Counted from the stretch's first letter, positions 10,692-22,855 are shown. The stretch: DNA of 64,000 nucleotides from Pelagomonas calceolata (GCA_918797485.1 CAKKNE010000001.1:4712001-4776000); one strand, 5' to 3'. Notes: generated from the sequence alone by a model not told the origin. Translations and numbers: made by a program.

Positions 10692-11695
10692 ATGGAGCGC
10701 CTCGTAATGCCCGTAGTAAGGGCAGGAGCCGGCATCTTCGGCGTGTCATTGATAGGGAGCTCGTGCCTCTACAACGTCGAGGGCGGCCACCGCGCGGTCA
10801 TGTATGATAAGATACGAGGCGTCCTCCCCCAATCAGTGGGAGAGGGCACGGGCTTCAAGATCCCCATGGTCCAGGAGCCGATCATCATGGACGTCCGGTC
10901 CCGGCCCAAGGAGATCCGGTCGATCACCGGGACCAAGGACCTCCAGATGGTCAACATTTATCTCAGAGTGCTCTCAAGACCTAGAGTAGACAAGCTCCCG
11001 GTCATCTTCCAGAAGTACAACACGAACTGGGAGGACCGCGTGATTCCGTCGATCGGCAACGAGGTCCTGAAGAGCGTCGTGGCCCAGTACAACGCCGAGC
11101 AGCTCCTGTCCATGCGCGAGCAGATCTCGTTTCCGTCAGCGTCCTTTACTTTCACAAAGGCCGCGATGACGACGCAACTGCATAGTTCACACTGACATAC
11201 TTGATGACACTCGTCAATCACCATCTTTCGACCGAGCGGCTCCAGAAACACACATGACGCTCCGTCGTCTCATCACCCACTAACACATAAACGCACAGGA
11301 CCCAGATCCGCTCCACTTTAACAAAACGCGCGGACAACTTCGACATCATTTTGGATGATGTCTCGATCACGCACTTGGTCTTCGGCAAGGAGTTCAGTGG
11401 CGCCATCGAGCAGAAGCAGGTCGCCCAGCAGGAGGCCGAGCGCCAGACTTATATTGTTGCCAAAGCGGAACAAGAAAAGAAGGCGAGCGTCATCCGCGCC
11501 GAGGGCGAGGCGGCCGCCGCCGAGATCATCTCCCGAGCGTTGGAGGAGTGCGGCACGGGCCTGATCGAGGTGCGGCGCATCGACGCCGCGAAGGAGGTCG
11601 CGGAGTCGCTGTCGAGGGCGCGCGGCGTCACGTACCTGCCGTCGGGCGGCCAGGGCGGCGGCTCGAACCTGCTCCTCGGGCTGTCGGACCGCTGA
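10692..11695 (+). CDS. PHB: prohibitin (PHB1-like), 2 exons (10692-11128, 11299-11695)
   Basis: [36 protein letters not shown] intron 11129-11298 (branch cactaac) restores REQIS-TQIRSTL. Confidence 0.95.
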
Positions 11696-12187
11696 GCGCC
11701 GCGGCGACGGCGTCTTGGGGGTGGCTAGGGAGTTCTGTTTCAGTTTTTTTTCGTGCGGGGCGTCCATTATCTTCTTCCGGCCGGCGCGGCTTCGGGGCTA
11801 GGGGGGGGGGGGGAATACGCAACTCTGGGGGGGGAGGCTTAAGAGAAGGAGGAGAAGGGGTATCCTATGGCTCCTCAACGCCGAGGGCGCCCTCGGAGAC
11901 GTGGAGGCCCAACGCGCCCCGGACATGGCCGAACATAGCTATGTAAGTGACATGGTAGATTTTGTACACAAATGGAAGTTTTCGCGGCAGCAATTCCAAC
12001 AAATCCGCACTTTTAGCAAACATGCTGGGTGGCTCTCGGACTCGGAAGAAGAGGATGATTAATTAGGACGAGTCTAGATCGCTCGCTCGCCTGATAATCA
12101 CAACACTAGTCTTACATAAGTACATAAGCCCCTTCCGGAACCCTTCGATAAAGTCGGCTCTGCGCGTCCTGCTTCCAGAAGGCGGCA

Positions 12188-12388
12188 GTGGACAAAGACA
12201 AACTCAACCACTCGGGCTGCGCGTGGATATTACTCCTGCCCTTGATACCGTTCAACGAAGTGCGCACGCGCCTCTACGTCAACGGCCACCCCACGAACGG
12301 ATTCTACGGGCCCGACCCCAACAACATCGACTGGTACCGCGACAGCGGCTGCGTCGGCAACGGCCCGTCGTGTTCGCGAAAGTGCTGA
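12188..12388 (+). pseudogene. short coding-like fragment
   Basis: High GC3 in NEVRTRLYVNGHP...CSRKC; no ATG start; lies in an atypical intergenic tract. Confidence 0.25.
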
Positions 12389-12499
12389 AGTTTTCCCGTC
12401 CAAGCGACGCGTCAAGGTCGCATATTCCTTTTTGACAGATTTCCTGCGCATACGTCTTCGTACAACTTGCGATCGACAAGAACGCGATGTAATTTCCTA

Positions 12500-13207
12500 C
12501 TACCTAGAACTCCTAGAAGTCCCGGAACTCCCCCGTCGCGGGTCGCGCGTGCCCTCCATCTGCACGCGCTCGAAGCGCCGCTGGCGCCACGCGTCCGCGT
12601 CGGACCGTCGCTGGAGGCACTCGCGCGGCGTGATGCCGTCGGGCGTCCAGACGATGCAGTCGTCGTCGTCTTCTTCCGCCGCGGCCGCGGGCGGCAAACC
12701 GACGGCCTCGCGCGCGGCGACCTCTCCCGCGCCCGTCGCCGCCAACGTTTTGGTTGGGGCCCCGCGAAAACATCGGTGATGGTACATGTCCGTGATGTGA
12801 TGGGCAAGCTGATAGGGCGACAGGCGGGCACGTGCCAGCGGGCCCAAGAGATCCGCGCCTTCGAAGCGCGGCCTGAGGAACGCCAGCCCCGTCGATAGGC
12901 TCCCCATCACGTCCGCCGCATCGGCGGCCCGGTACGCGGCGCGAGTGGCTGCCGTAATCTGAGCCACATCATCAGAAGTCACGGCTTCTTGGTCCTCGGA
13001 CGCGTACGACCGCTCGCGCACGAACGCTTCGACCTCGGCCACGATGAACGCGTTGACCGCTGGTTCCGTGAGCAAAAGTTCCTGTTCCTCGGCCGCCGTG
13101 CGCGCCGCACGCAACTTACACAATCGTCGCCGCATCGACGGCGCGAAGGCGTGAGCAACGCGGGTGGTAGCGCTCCAAAACCACCACTGCAGCAGCTGGA
13201 AGCGCAT
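12500..13207 (-). CDS. hypothetical plastid-targeted protein
   Basis: N-terminal segment ending AHA-FAP (ASAFAP-type) followed by a transit-like segment. Confidence 0.65.
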   Translation of the reverse strand: MRFQLLQWWFWSATTRVAHAFAPSMRRRLCKLRAARTAAEEQELLLTEPAVNAFIVAEVEAFVRERSYASEDQEAVTSDDVAQITAATRAAYRAADAADVMGSLSTGLAFLRPRFEGADLLGPLARARLSPYQLAHHITDMYHHRCFRGAPTKTLAATGAGEVAAREAVGLPPAAAAEEDDDDCIVWTPDGITPRECLQRRSDADAWRQRRFERVQMEGTRDPRRGSSGTSRSSR

Positions 13208-13511
13208 TTTCGGCACCTCTACGCGCAGGAATTGTCGCGAAACCGAAGCAGACGCTTGCACTGAAACTCTAGAGAAATTTTGGCGCAGCTCTTGGGTGTC
13301 GACGCGAGCACTGAGGCAAAAAGTGCAAATCTGTAGTCTAAAACCCTATTTGAAACAGTTTGATTAATTCCGGCGCATTTTTGGCAAGTATTATTCCACG
13401 CCGGCGACGACGCCTCCTCGTGTGGTTTCAACGATCTGTTTCGACGTCAAGCGATTTGGCTTTTTATTTCAGTTGTGCTGCCAAGACACAAACTGGGCAG
13501 CCGATGAGCCC

Positions 13512-16500
13512 ATGATGGAATCACCAGAGGTCCTCAGGGAGCCCGCGGTCGCGGTGCCGCAGTCGCGGCGCACAGTAGAAGAAGTGTCTGATGCAGACAC
13601 GCCGCGCAGCGCGACACTGCCCCAGGCGGTCGCGGCCACGACGCCGCACCACACCATCGCGACACCGCACATCATGGCGGACGGCAGCGGTGCGGGCGCG
13701 ATGGAAGACGACTCGGACGACGCGGCGCCGCGGGGAGGCCGGGCCGCGCGCCGCCGCGCGCCGCCGCCGCGGAGCAGCAGCGACGACGACAGCAGCCGAT
13801 CAAAAACCAGCAAAGAAGCTGCTGCTCCACTCACCGCTCCTCTTGCCGCTCCACTTACCGCGCGCGTGCCGGACGCCGCCGACGGCTACGCGGCCACGAC
13901 TCCTAGAGTGCGCACGCCGGCCGCGCAGCGCGCCTACGAGGAGAAGCACGCCGACTCCGACGACGACCAGCCACCCCCGAAGCCTGATAAAGACTCCTCT
14001 GATGACGACGACGGCCCCGTCTACGACGACATGGAGGACCTGCACCAAGGTATGAGGGAGATGATCGGCACGGACGACTTTGACATGGGCCGGAACCTGG
14101 GCATGTCGACCTACTTCTACACGACCTTCCTCAAGGCCCTGTTGGTGGCGTGTCTGGTCGCTGGTTTGTTCTCGTTGAAGATCATGCGAAGGTATCGGCG
14201 GGGCCACTTCGGCACCCGAACTTCCAGAGACGCGGCGTGGCTCCGGTCGTCGGCCTGGTGCCCCGACTACGTCAATGTGGAGGCGACGCGGGGCTGCGGC
14301 GGTCGGGAAGACGGGAACTGGCGGCGGCACGACTCGGCGACGCACACTTGTGTGGCCACATTCGCGGAGAAGTGCCACCTCGACTACTGGAATGTCGTTG
14401 TCTGGGACGTCGTCGCAACCACACTACTATGCCTCGTTTTGATTATTTATATTCAAAGATCTGGCGTCGAGTATCGTAGGTTAGACGAGGCCGTGCAGAC
14501 GCCGCAGGACTACACCTTGGCCGTGCAAGATCCGGACGCCGACGCCGACGACCCAAACGAGTGGCGCGACTTCTTCCAGACCTATGGGAGGGTGCGGGCC
14601 GTCACGATCGCGCGGAGCAACGGTCGACTATTAGATGCGTTGACGTCGCTCTGGAGGATATTAGCAAGGCAGGCGTTCCTGGACGACGGGGACGATAGAC
14701 GAGACCTCGAGAAGCACGCCGAGCTCGCGCGTGATAAAGTGAGATCGTTGGTCGGGAGGAAACCGGCGGCGACCGTCTACGTCACGTTCGAGCACGAAAA
14801 GGACGCGCAGAAAGCTTTAGAGAGACTCGGAAGCGTGTCGGCGCGGGAGGCGTCGAAGAACAAATCCAAAAAATTGAGGGAGAAGGATTTGTTCCGCGGC
14901 ACGAATGTGTTAAGAGTGAAGGAGGCGCCCGAACCCGTGGACGTGGATTGGCGGTCCGTCGGGAAAGCAAGCAGGTGGCGCAATTTAATACAAAAAATCC
15001 TGGCCTTCGTCACGACCTGTGCGGCACTGACGGGTGTCATGATGCTCATCGTCGTTTTTGGACATGTTAGACATCATATCGGCCTGCCGGCGTACACCGA
15101 TGGGTTAGTGGTCGCCTTCCTGAACGCGCTGTTGCCTTATCTATTCAGGTTGTGGGCGTCCGTCGTCGAGGTTCACAGAACGGAATCATCTAGACAGATG
15201 TCCTTGTTTCGCAAGCTATATGTTGCTAGGGTATTAAATGGCATTCAAGTGGTATTGATGCACAAGGAGACCGAAGACCCGACCTGGCCCCAGGCGCTCC
15301 ATCGGAGAACTCTTAGAAGATTACTCAATTTGGTCCTGTCGGAACTGGCCGTGGCGCCTCTGTTGAGACTATTCACGGCGGAGGTGTACTTCCGGTGCGA
15401 CCTCGTGCAATTCTCGACGAAGTTGAATATTCAGCTCAGCGTCTGGCAGATAAGATTGATGAATTGGGGTAGGAAAGCCCCCGACGAGTACGTGGACGAC
15501 ACAGAAACATTCAAATCTTTAAAAACGGTGTTCGACGAGGCGGACGCGTCCCATAAACTGGCCGACGGCGACCTCGCCGATAGACTCGCGGACGCGGTGA
15601 AGATTGTGTTGAACGCTGCTTTATACTCGTTACTGTTCCCGGCGGGGTATTTTTTCCACGTCGGTGCTCTATTATTAACCTACGCGCTCGACAAGTACCA
15701 GCACCTGCGACGGCTCCGGCCGCCGAAGGCGCGGGACCCCTCGATCGTCATTGCCGCGGCTTTAGATGTTTTATGTTTGGCGCCCGTCCTCAAGTTCGGC
15801 TACGCTTTACTGTTGGCGTACTCGTGGCCCTTCGATAATGTGATGGAGGAAGACGATGGGTCCTACACGCGCGTCGACAAGGGCATCCCTTTACATCACA
15901 AAGTGCGTCATTCAAGCTGGCAGGCGGACTTTTTAAGATTGCTAAATCAGATGCGACGGGGCGCGCCGCACCGGCGGCCCTTCATGGCGAAGGACCAGCG
16001 GCGATCTCTACAACTCTACAAGTACGCCCTCTACGCGTCGCTGGCGGTCGTAATCCTAAGATTGAGCTGGCAATTTTTAGCTGCTTTAGTACGCTACGTT
16101 TGCGGCGGCAACGCGTGTCGGCAGCAGGTCGGCGCGGCCCAGGACGTGGCCTTTTCGTCCTGTCCCGAAGCCTTACAAATCTACGCGCCCGTGTTGGACG
16201 TAGATGGCTTCATCCTGAACGCCGCGGCGGGCGTGGACAAGGTGCCGCATAGGCACCTGCCGTTGTACGGCGTGGCCCATCAGGCGCGGCACAAGGTCAT
16301 GCACTTATTGGGCGCCACAAAGAAGCGCGATAAAATGAAAAGACCGAAGCCCGTGGCGCCCGTTTTTGATCTGGAACGGTTGCTACGGACGTGCCTCAAG
16401 GAGGACCGGAGTCGCGTCGCGCGGGACAACCTGGACCTGGTCGCGTACTGGGCGCCCTCCGACAAGAGCTGCCGGCCCAAATGTAGGAGGTTCCAGAACG

Positions 16501-17687
16501 ATAGAGATTTGGGGAAGAATTGGGAGGACATCCGAGCGTGCCTGCTGGCGGACCTAGCCCAAGCTTCCTTGGGGCCCGGTCAGATACCGTACCGCCGCGG
16601 CATCGACGGGTCGATCGACAAGAAGATCCGCGAGGTCGCTCTCCAGCGGCGGTGGCGACCTGTGCAGAAATCAAAACTTTACGGCGCGTTCGTGCTGAAC
16701 CGTCGCGTCGTCCTCCACGCCATCGACGCGACGCCTGCTCGATGGCGTGGCGATGCCGGTTCCTAGCCGCTCGACGGAGCCAGCACGGCCGCGTCGTCGC
16801 CGAGAATTGACTTAGTGCACCCGACGCACCGGTGATTTCCACACAGGTGGCAACCGGTCGCCAAGAAGAAGAAGTCTTCTAAGAGAAGGAAGGACTCTCC
16901 GATTGAACCGAAGGAGCCTCACCCCCGCTTGACGTGGTGCGGCTTCGCCAAGACCTTTAAGGCGTGCGGCGCGTGCGTGTGCCGCGACGCGCAGCGCAAT
17001 CGGCTCGGGCGCTTGTTCAACGACATGACTTCTGATGACGACCCGGATCATGTGTTAGTCGGCGCTCTCGTCGCTCGGTCGTTGGAGGCGTATCGGTACC
17101 GCCACCTCGGCGTGCACGGTTCTCGACGAAAGCCGGCGCCGTTGTATGATGTATTAAGGGACGACCAAGGAAGGAGCATACCGCCGGACTACCCCCAGAA
17201 TGATATGGACGTCGACGCCGAGCGCCGCGCGTATCGGGACGTGGACCACCGCTGGGACCACCAGACGCTCTCGCGGAAGCACCACAAGGACATGACGAAC
17301 GCCGCGGGCACGGTCGATCATCGCACGCGATCCATTCCTGTCACTGATTTCGCCGTCGCGACGCCCGCGGCGGACGACGCCTGGCTGAAATGCGTGGACA
17401 GCGAAAACCGGCCGCCCCCGGACTCGCACTACGTCGTGCCGGCGAAGGGCCTGCGGCCCCCTCCGTCTCGCATCGCGCGGCGGCCTTTGGAGCCCGTGGA
17501 CCAGCCGCCGCCGCCTCCGGCAGCTACAGCGAAGGAGGAGGACGCGTCCCTCGTGTCGTCGCTTCCCGAAGAGTACCGTTACGCGTCCGACGAGATGTCC
17601 TCGTCCTCTTCTTCCGAAGACTCGGACGAGTACGACGACGACGGCTATAGACGGGGGCGCTGGACGCACCGCCCGGCCGACTTCTAA
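13512..17687 (+). CDS. CSC1/OSCA/TMEM63-like multipass channel, 2 exons (13512-16651, 16847-17687)
   Basis: TPQDYT, VYVTFEHE, VKEAPEPVDVDW, many TM helices; removing intron 16652-16846 joins ORF 16929 in frame; start codon uncertain. Confidence 0.75.
16652..16854 (+). mobile_element. introner element: 187-bp MITE (16660-16846) with 8-bp TSD GTGGC[G/A]AC; intron 16652-16846
   Basis: TSD 7/8 identical; TIR ctgtgcagaaatca / tgatttccacacag (12/14); internal 12-bp hairpin 16715-16750; contains the in-frame stop that splicing removes. Confidence 0.92.
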
Positions 17688-20014
17688 CTTAATGTCTTAT
17701 GCGGCGTACCCAGTCCTGGCCAGTAGCCCGCCCGTTTCCTCAGGTGTGGTCTCGGCGCGAAGTACGTCCGCTGCTCCTTCGCGTCCAGCGCTCCGTGCGC
17801 GAACGGAGGCATGCGGTTGAGGGGGTGCCGCGGCCCGACTTGGGACTTTTCTTGTCCTCCAGCGTCGCCGTACGTCATCCCCGCCCAGTCCTCCTTCACG
17901 ATGGGTCCCTTGTACGGCCGCGTGTAAGACCCCGCGTCGTCCAGGGGCTCAGGCCCGCCCGGGCGAGGCAACGCGTCCGGCTCCTTCTGGAGGCTGTGGA
18001 GGATATGTTCCGCTTGACTAAGCTCGTGGTTGATCGACGCGGCGGACCGCGGCGCGCCGGCATCACGGTACGTTTGGGAGGCCGTCGAACTGCGCGCCTC
18101 GACCATGTCCCCGTGGTACGAGTAGGGCTGGTCGACCGCGACCAAATCATGCATGAACGGGTCGAGCTCGATCGGGATTTTTTCGGTGGGTCCGATTGGC
18201 GGCGGCGCCTTGTATCGTTTGAGCGAGGCCTCGGCCTTTGCAGAGGCAAAGGCCACCTGGGCCGCGGACTGTTCCGCGCGTCGCGTCGCCTCGGATAGTT
18301 TCCGCATCAACTCCCCGCGCGCCTTGTCGTCGGCCGCCGCCACGAGCGCCTCGAGGTGCTCGGCCTGTTGGATCGCCGCCGCGTAGGCATCACGGCTCGC
18401 CTCGTACCGCCTTTCATCAAAGTTCCGGTTCGCGAGGTTGGCCCGCCGCGCGGCGTCGCGGCGCCGCGCGTGGTGCGCGTGGACCATCCTCGCGTGCTGC
18501 GTTTTATCTTTAAGCCGCATAGACTCCTTGTAGTTGGCCCGGCGCCGCTGGGCGCGGTTCAAGAGCTCGGGGTCGAGGTCGCGGTCGCGGTTCGCTAGGA
18601 ACCCGTCCATCTCCGCCAGGCGCCGCGAGCGCAGCTCCGCGAGCGACGCGTACATCGCAGCGTCCGACAGGTAGTCGGGCGACCGCGGCCCCAATTGGGC
18701 CACCCTCCGCCCTCGCCGGAGCGCCACGACCAATAACGTGGGCGCCTCGAGCAACTTGGCCCACTGCGGCCGCGTCCGCGCCGCGCGACCTAGGCCGTCC
18801 TCCGACGCCAGATACGTCTGGAGCTCGTCGCAGGAAAAGTGGAGGCGCGTCGAGGGATCCGTCGGGAGGTGGCCGTCCATTTGCAACCGCCGCAGGGCCT
18901 GCACCACGGGTTCCAAGTCCTTCTCACCTAACGATCGCGCATGCGAGGCCGTGGGCGCTACAATAGGCGCATTCAAAGCAATAGCGTCCTTGGCGTGGAT
19001 GTGACATAAAGCGAACAAGTGCAAGCACCATTCTGGCGTCGGGCCCGGCCGGGGCCAGGCCTCGTACGCGGGCAGACCGACTGGCGACGGCTCGACGCGC
19101 GGCGTGTGCGACCAACCTAGCGCGTCCCCGAGTAATTCCGGGGCCGGGAGCCGCGTCCCGCCGCAATGGATGAGCAGGGAGGGGTTGCACTGGTGCTCCC
19201 TCCTCCCAATGGCCGCCTTGGCGCCGATGCGTAGCGAAGGCACGGGTGGCCTCTCTTCCTGGCGATCCGGCGGCACGCCCGCCTGCTGGAGCGCTTGGGC
19301 CTCCTCGGGCGTCATCCCGCCGCCTCCGGCGCCACCCCCTGGCAAGGGCAGGTACACGTCCGTCGATGCAGGCGCGTCCGACTCTTGGATAGATGTCCGG
19401 AAGGCTCGGTCGGCGGTCATGATGCGGCGGTCCGTGGCGCGGCGGTCGCCGCTGCCACCCAGGCTCTCGACGTTGGCCGTCGGGTAGACCGACGGCGACG
19501 GGACGCGCACCGATTTAGTCGGTGACGATGTCCGCCGGAGCGGCGACCGGTCCTCGAACGACGTCACCGAGGACATGCTCCGCGGCTCCTCGAAGGACAT
19601 CTGCACGGAAGACCGCTGGCCGAGGGCCGGTTGTGTCGTTCGGAAGGCCGCCAGCACAATCTCGCGCTCGGGTACGACGCGCGTCACCGCGCGCCCGCCC
19701 TTCCGGACGTCGACGGTGATCGCGCCGAGCGGCAGGGTGCCGCCGCGCCTTACTACTTTCTGCTGCGGGCCCCGGCGCGGCAGGGCGGGGTCCGTCTGCG
19801 TCCAGGGGTCTGCGGGCCCCGACGCCTCGAGCGACCCGTAGCTCCGGTCGTCGTCTCCATAAGGATAGGGCGTCGCGTCGAGGCCGTAGGAGCCGTCCTC
19901 GTCGAAGGCGTAGAGCGACGGCGTCCGCGGCCGGTAGGCGCCGGGGCCGGAGTGCTTGACTATTGGTTTCGTGGCGATCATCGTGGGCACTTCCACCTTG
20001 TGGTGGAGGCCCAT
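17684..20014 (-). CDS. hypothetical protein with central coiled coil
   Basis: 776-aa ORF with ATG; no family recognised. Confidence 0.7.
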   Translation of the reverse strand: MGLHHKVEVPTMIATKPIVKHSGPGAYRPRTPSLYAFDEDGSYGLDATPYPYGDDDRSYGSLEASGPADPWTQTDPALPRRGPQQKVVRRGGTLPLGAITVDVRKGGRAVTRVVPEREIVLAAFRTTQPALGQRSSVQMSFEEPRSMSSVTSFEDRSPLRRTSSPTKSVRVPSPSVYPTANVESLGGSGDRRATDRRIMTADRAFRTSIQESDAPASTDVYLPLPGGGAGGGGMTPEEAQALQQAGVPPDRQEERPPVPSLRIGAKAAIGRREHQCNPSLLIHCGGTRLPAPELLGDALGWSHTPRVEPSPVGLPAYEAWPRPGPTPEWCLHLFALCHIHAKDAIALNAPIVAPTASHARSLGEKDLEPVVQALRRLQMDGHLPTDPSTRLHFSCDELQTYLASEDGLGRAARTRPQWAKLLEAPTLLVVALRRGRRVAQLGPRSPDYLSDAAMYASLAELRSRRLAEMDGFLANRDRDLDPELLNRAQRRRANYKESMRLKDKTQHARMVHAHHARRRDAARRANLANRNFDERRYEASRDAYAAAIQQAEHLEALVAAADDKARGELMRKLSEATRRAEQSAAQVAFASAKAEASLKRYKAPPPIGPTEKIPIELDPFMHDLVAVDQPYSYHGDMVEARSSTASQTYRDAGAPRSAASINHELSQAEHILHSLQKEPDALPRPGGPEPLDDAGSYTRPYKGPIVKEDWAGMTYGDAGGQEKSQVGPRHPLNRMPPFAHGALDAKEQRTYFAPRPHLRKRAGYWPGLGTPHKTLS

Positions 20015-20446
20015 GGTTGTTTATGGCTCCCCGGGCGCGCCGGTTTTGGCCAGAGGCAGCAGTGGAATGCCTTTATGGCTGCCTGCGGCTGCCCGCGCGG
20101 CTGCTACGCCTGGCGAGGCACCGTGCGAATGCTTCTTGCCCTGAGAACCGGTCGAGGCTGCCCACTTACGATGAACCCGCTCTGAGAGCGCGGGCGCTGC
20201 AGTGCATCGAGTCTCTCGGCGGCCAAATGGGCCGAGCTACCTCCGATTGGTGGTGTCGTGTCGTAGGCTGGGAGGAGACCACGGGAGTGATCTCGGGCGA
20301 TTCCACTGTAGCGCGCGGGTATTCGCGCGCGGCCCACGGTTTGCGTTGCTTTTGTCCCAGTTGCGGCGCATTCACGTCGACCAGCGCCCGTCACTGCGCC
20401 ACTGCGTACACCCACGGGGCGGCCTCGGCTGGGGGGCAGCGACCCC

Positions 20447-22855
20447 ATGGAGCAACGGCTCGCGCGCGACCGGCGCCTGGCCATGGAGCTGCTCGTCGAG
20501 CAGACCTACCGCTTCCCGGACAAGCCGCCGAAGAACGTCGCGGGCCTCATCGACCGCGCGTCGCTGCTGGCCTTCTACCGTGTTCACAATGCGGGGCTCG
20601 CCACCGAGGCCAAGGTCGAGGAGATTCTGAGCGGCTACCGCGGGCGCACGCACGTGCTCGCGCTCATGCTGGCGAAGAAGTACGGGAAGAAACTCGTGGA
20701 GCGCCTCCAGAGCACGCCGCGGTCGCCGGCCTCGACCACGCGTCGGCGGGCGCTGCGGCCCGTTAACTCATCAGCGCGGCAGAGGACGAAAAAGAAGGTC
20801 CGCGCCGCCGTTTTTGCGGAGGAAAGTGTCCCCTTTGCGACCTCGCCGGACGAGGAACGCGCCGCTGTCGCCTCGGCGCGGCTTGAGGCCCGCTACGCGG
20901 CGGAGAGGTTGCACCGCGAGCGGACGAGGCGGGCCGAGGAAGCTGTAGAAGTAGAACGAGCGCGCGCGGAGAAGCACGCGGAGGCCGCGGCGGCCGAACG
21001 AAGACGCGCGGCCAAGCTCGAAATGGACCTTGTCACAGCGCGCGCCGATGCGGCACGCGTCAAAGCGACCGCGACGGGAGCGGCAGCGAGCTTGGACGCG
21101 GCGGCATCTGCGCTGCATGCGGCCGACGCGGAAGCGGCCTCGGCCCGCGAGGTTACTGCACGTAACGAAACTGAGCTTTTGGCGCGCGCAGAAAAGGCCG
21201 AGAATGCGGCGAAAGCCGCGGCGGAGGCGCATCACCGCGTAGTGGCGGCGCTGGCGAAGGTCGAACGCGACCGCGACGCCGAGGCGGCAGCCGAGGCGAA
21301 AATGGTTGGAAGCGAGCGGCAACGCGTGACGGCGGCGCTCGAAGCAGCGACGGCCGCATGTCGTGAAGCCGAGGCGAAGGCAATTTCAGCCCGCCGCGAG
21401 CGCGATGACGCCCGCGCCGAGTCAGCTGAAGTCGCACGAAGGCATGCTCAGGAGGTCGCCGCCGCCCGGGAAGACGCGACTGCTCGCAGCGCGGCAGACG
21501 AGGCGGCGCGAGCGGACGCCGCACGCTTGGAAGCAGAATTGGCCGACGCCGCCGCAGAGGTCGAACGACTAACTAGCGCGGTCCTCGCCAACAATGATGA
21601 CACGGCTTCTGCGTCAGCCGAAGCCGAGGCGCTCGAGTTGAAACTCGCGGAGGCGAACGCGGAGGTAGCACGTCTGGCGGAAGAGGCCGCCGCCAATGCT
21701 TTCAAGAATGAGGCCGCAGCGGCCGCACGCGAAGCGGCACTGGTCGACGCCACGGCTCGCGCGGAGCAGCTTGAGAAGGAGGCGGCCGCCCGTGATTCAG
21801 CATTGCTTGATGCCACCGCAAGAGCGTCGAGGGCCGAGCGGGCGGCCACCGCCGCGACAGAGGAACATAAGCGCCTCTCCGACGAGCGGGAGGCAATCCG
21901 ACGGGAACGAGATGCCCTCGCGGCGGCGGCGGCCGAGGATCGCTCGAAACTCAAAACCGCCGCCGAGTCGGCGCAGACGGCACAAGCCGCATGGGCCGAG
22001 ATTTCTAGGATCGGTTGGAGCGAAGCCGCGTTGCGGCGCGAGAACAATCGGCTTCTGGCGGCGGCCGAAGAGGCGGAGGCGGCACAGACTACGCTACGGA
22101 GCGAGAACGACCGGCTGCGTGAAGAGGCGCCGCGGCGACCACCGATGGCGGACGCGCAGACGTCGCCGCCGCGTGAACGGTCGCCGCCTCCCAACGGCCC
22201 GGGCCCGCGGTCGCCGCCGCGTACCGTCAGACCGGGCACGCGTCGCCGCTCTAGAAGGCGGGGCCGATCGCCGACGCCTCGTGGATGCCGGAGTTCTATG
22301 CCTAGGACGTCGCCGCCGGTCCGACCAAAACTCAAGCCAGCGATGAGCGCGCCCCTCGTGCTCGAGCCGGCAACTTGCAAGAGACCCGTCCTGCTGGCCA
22401 AGCGGTCGCACCACCACGTGTCTACACCGGTCGCGGAAAATGACGACGACGACGACGAGGCGGTGCCGCCTGAGCACGAGGTCCCGAAGACTCGGAGGCT
22501 TAATTTCGGGCCGTGGGGCCGGGTCCTGGCGTACTTCTGCCTGGCGCTTGCCGCATTGTCTCTACGTGCCGGTCGCGTCAAGGCGCCTGTCGTCAAGCCA
22601 TCGCTGAAGAATGTGGCATCACCCCACATGCCCGTCCAGCCGCGGCGGAGGATACGACCGCGCGGCCTAAAAGTCGGACTGGTCGCCGGCGCGGCGGCGC
22701 GGCCGGTTCTCAGGCCGGTGGCTACGTTCTTCACGAAACGACCGGTGCTACGAAAGATTGGCGGCTTCGTGGCGCGGGCGGGAATATCGAATACGGCGAT
22801 GCGAGGCCTCCGGAAAGTTGTCCGTCGCGCCATACCAGTCCTTAAAACGCGATAG
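20447..22855 (+). CDS. Ala/Glu/Arg-rich coiled-coil protein with C-terminal hydrophobic segment
   Basis: 802-aa ORF with long heptad-like region. Confidence 0.7.
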   Translation: MEQRLARDRRLAMELLVEQTYRFPDKPPKNVAGLIDRASLLAFYRVHNAGLATEAKVEEILSGYRGRTHVLALMLAKKYGKKLVERLQSTPRSPASTTRRRALRPVNSSARQRTKKKVRAAVFAEESVPFATSPDEERAAVASARLEARYAAERLHRERTRRAEEAVEVERARAEKHAEAAAAERRRAAKLEMDLVTARADAARVKATATGAAASLDAAASALHAADAEAASAREVTARNETELLARAEKAENAAKAAAEAHHRVVAALAKVERDRDAEAAAEAKMVGSERQRVTAALEAATAACREAEAKAISARRERDDARAESAEVARRHAQEVAAAREDATARSAADEAARADAARLEAELADAAAEVERLTSAVLANNDDTASASAEAEALELKLAEANAEVARLAEEAAANAFKNEAAAAAREAALVDATARAEQLEKEAAARDSALLDATARASRAERAATAATEEHKRLSDEREAIRRERDALAAAAAEDRSKLKTAAESAQTAQAAWAEISRIGWSEAALRRENNRLLAAAEEAEAAQTTLRSENDRLREEAPRRPPMADAQTSPPRERSPPPNGPGPRSPPRTVRPGTRRRSRRRGRSPTPRGCRSSMPRTSPPVRPKLKPAMSAPLVLEPATCKRPVLLAKRSHHHVSTPVAENDDDDDEAVPPEHEVPKTRRLNFGPWGRVLAYFCLALAALSLRAGRVKAPVVKPSLKNVASPHMPVQPRRRIRPRGLKVGLVAGAAARPVLRPVATFFTKRPVLRKIGGFVARAGISNTAMRGLRKVVRRAIPVLKTR

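Noticed and set aside
11129..11298. Prohibitin intron as an introner
   Set aside because: No TIR, TSD or core motif; it has a canonical branch point.
16680..16766. Recurring peptides HAIDAT / RRWR in several ORFs as a protein motif
   Set aside because: They are translations of the intronic repeat core.
16929..17687. Separate 252-aa gene
   Set aside because: It is the last exon of the CSC1-like gene once intron 16652-16846 is removed.
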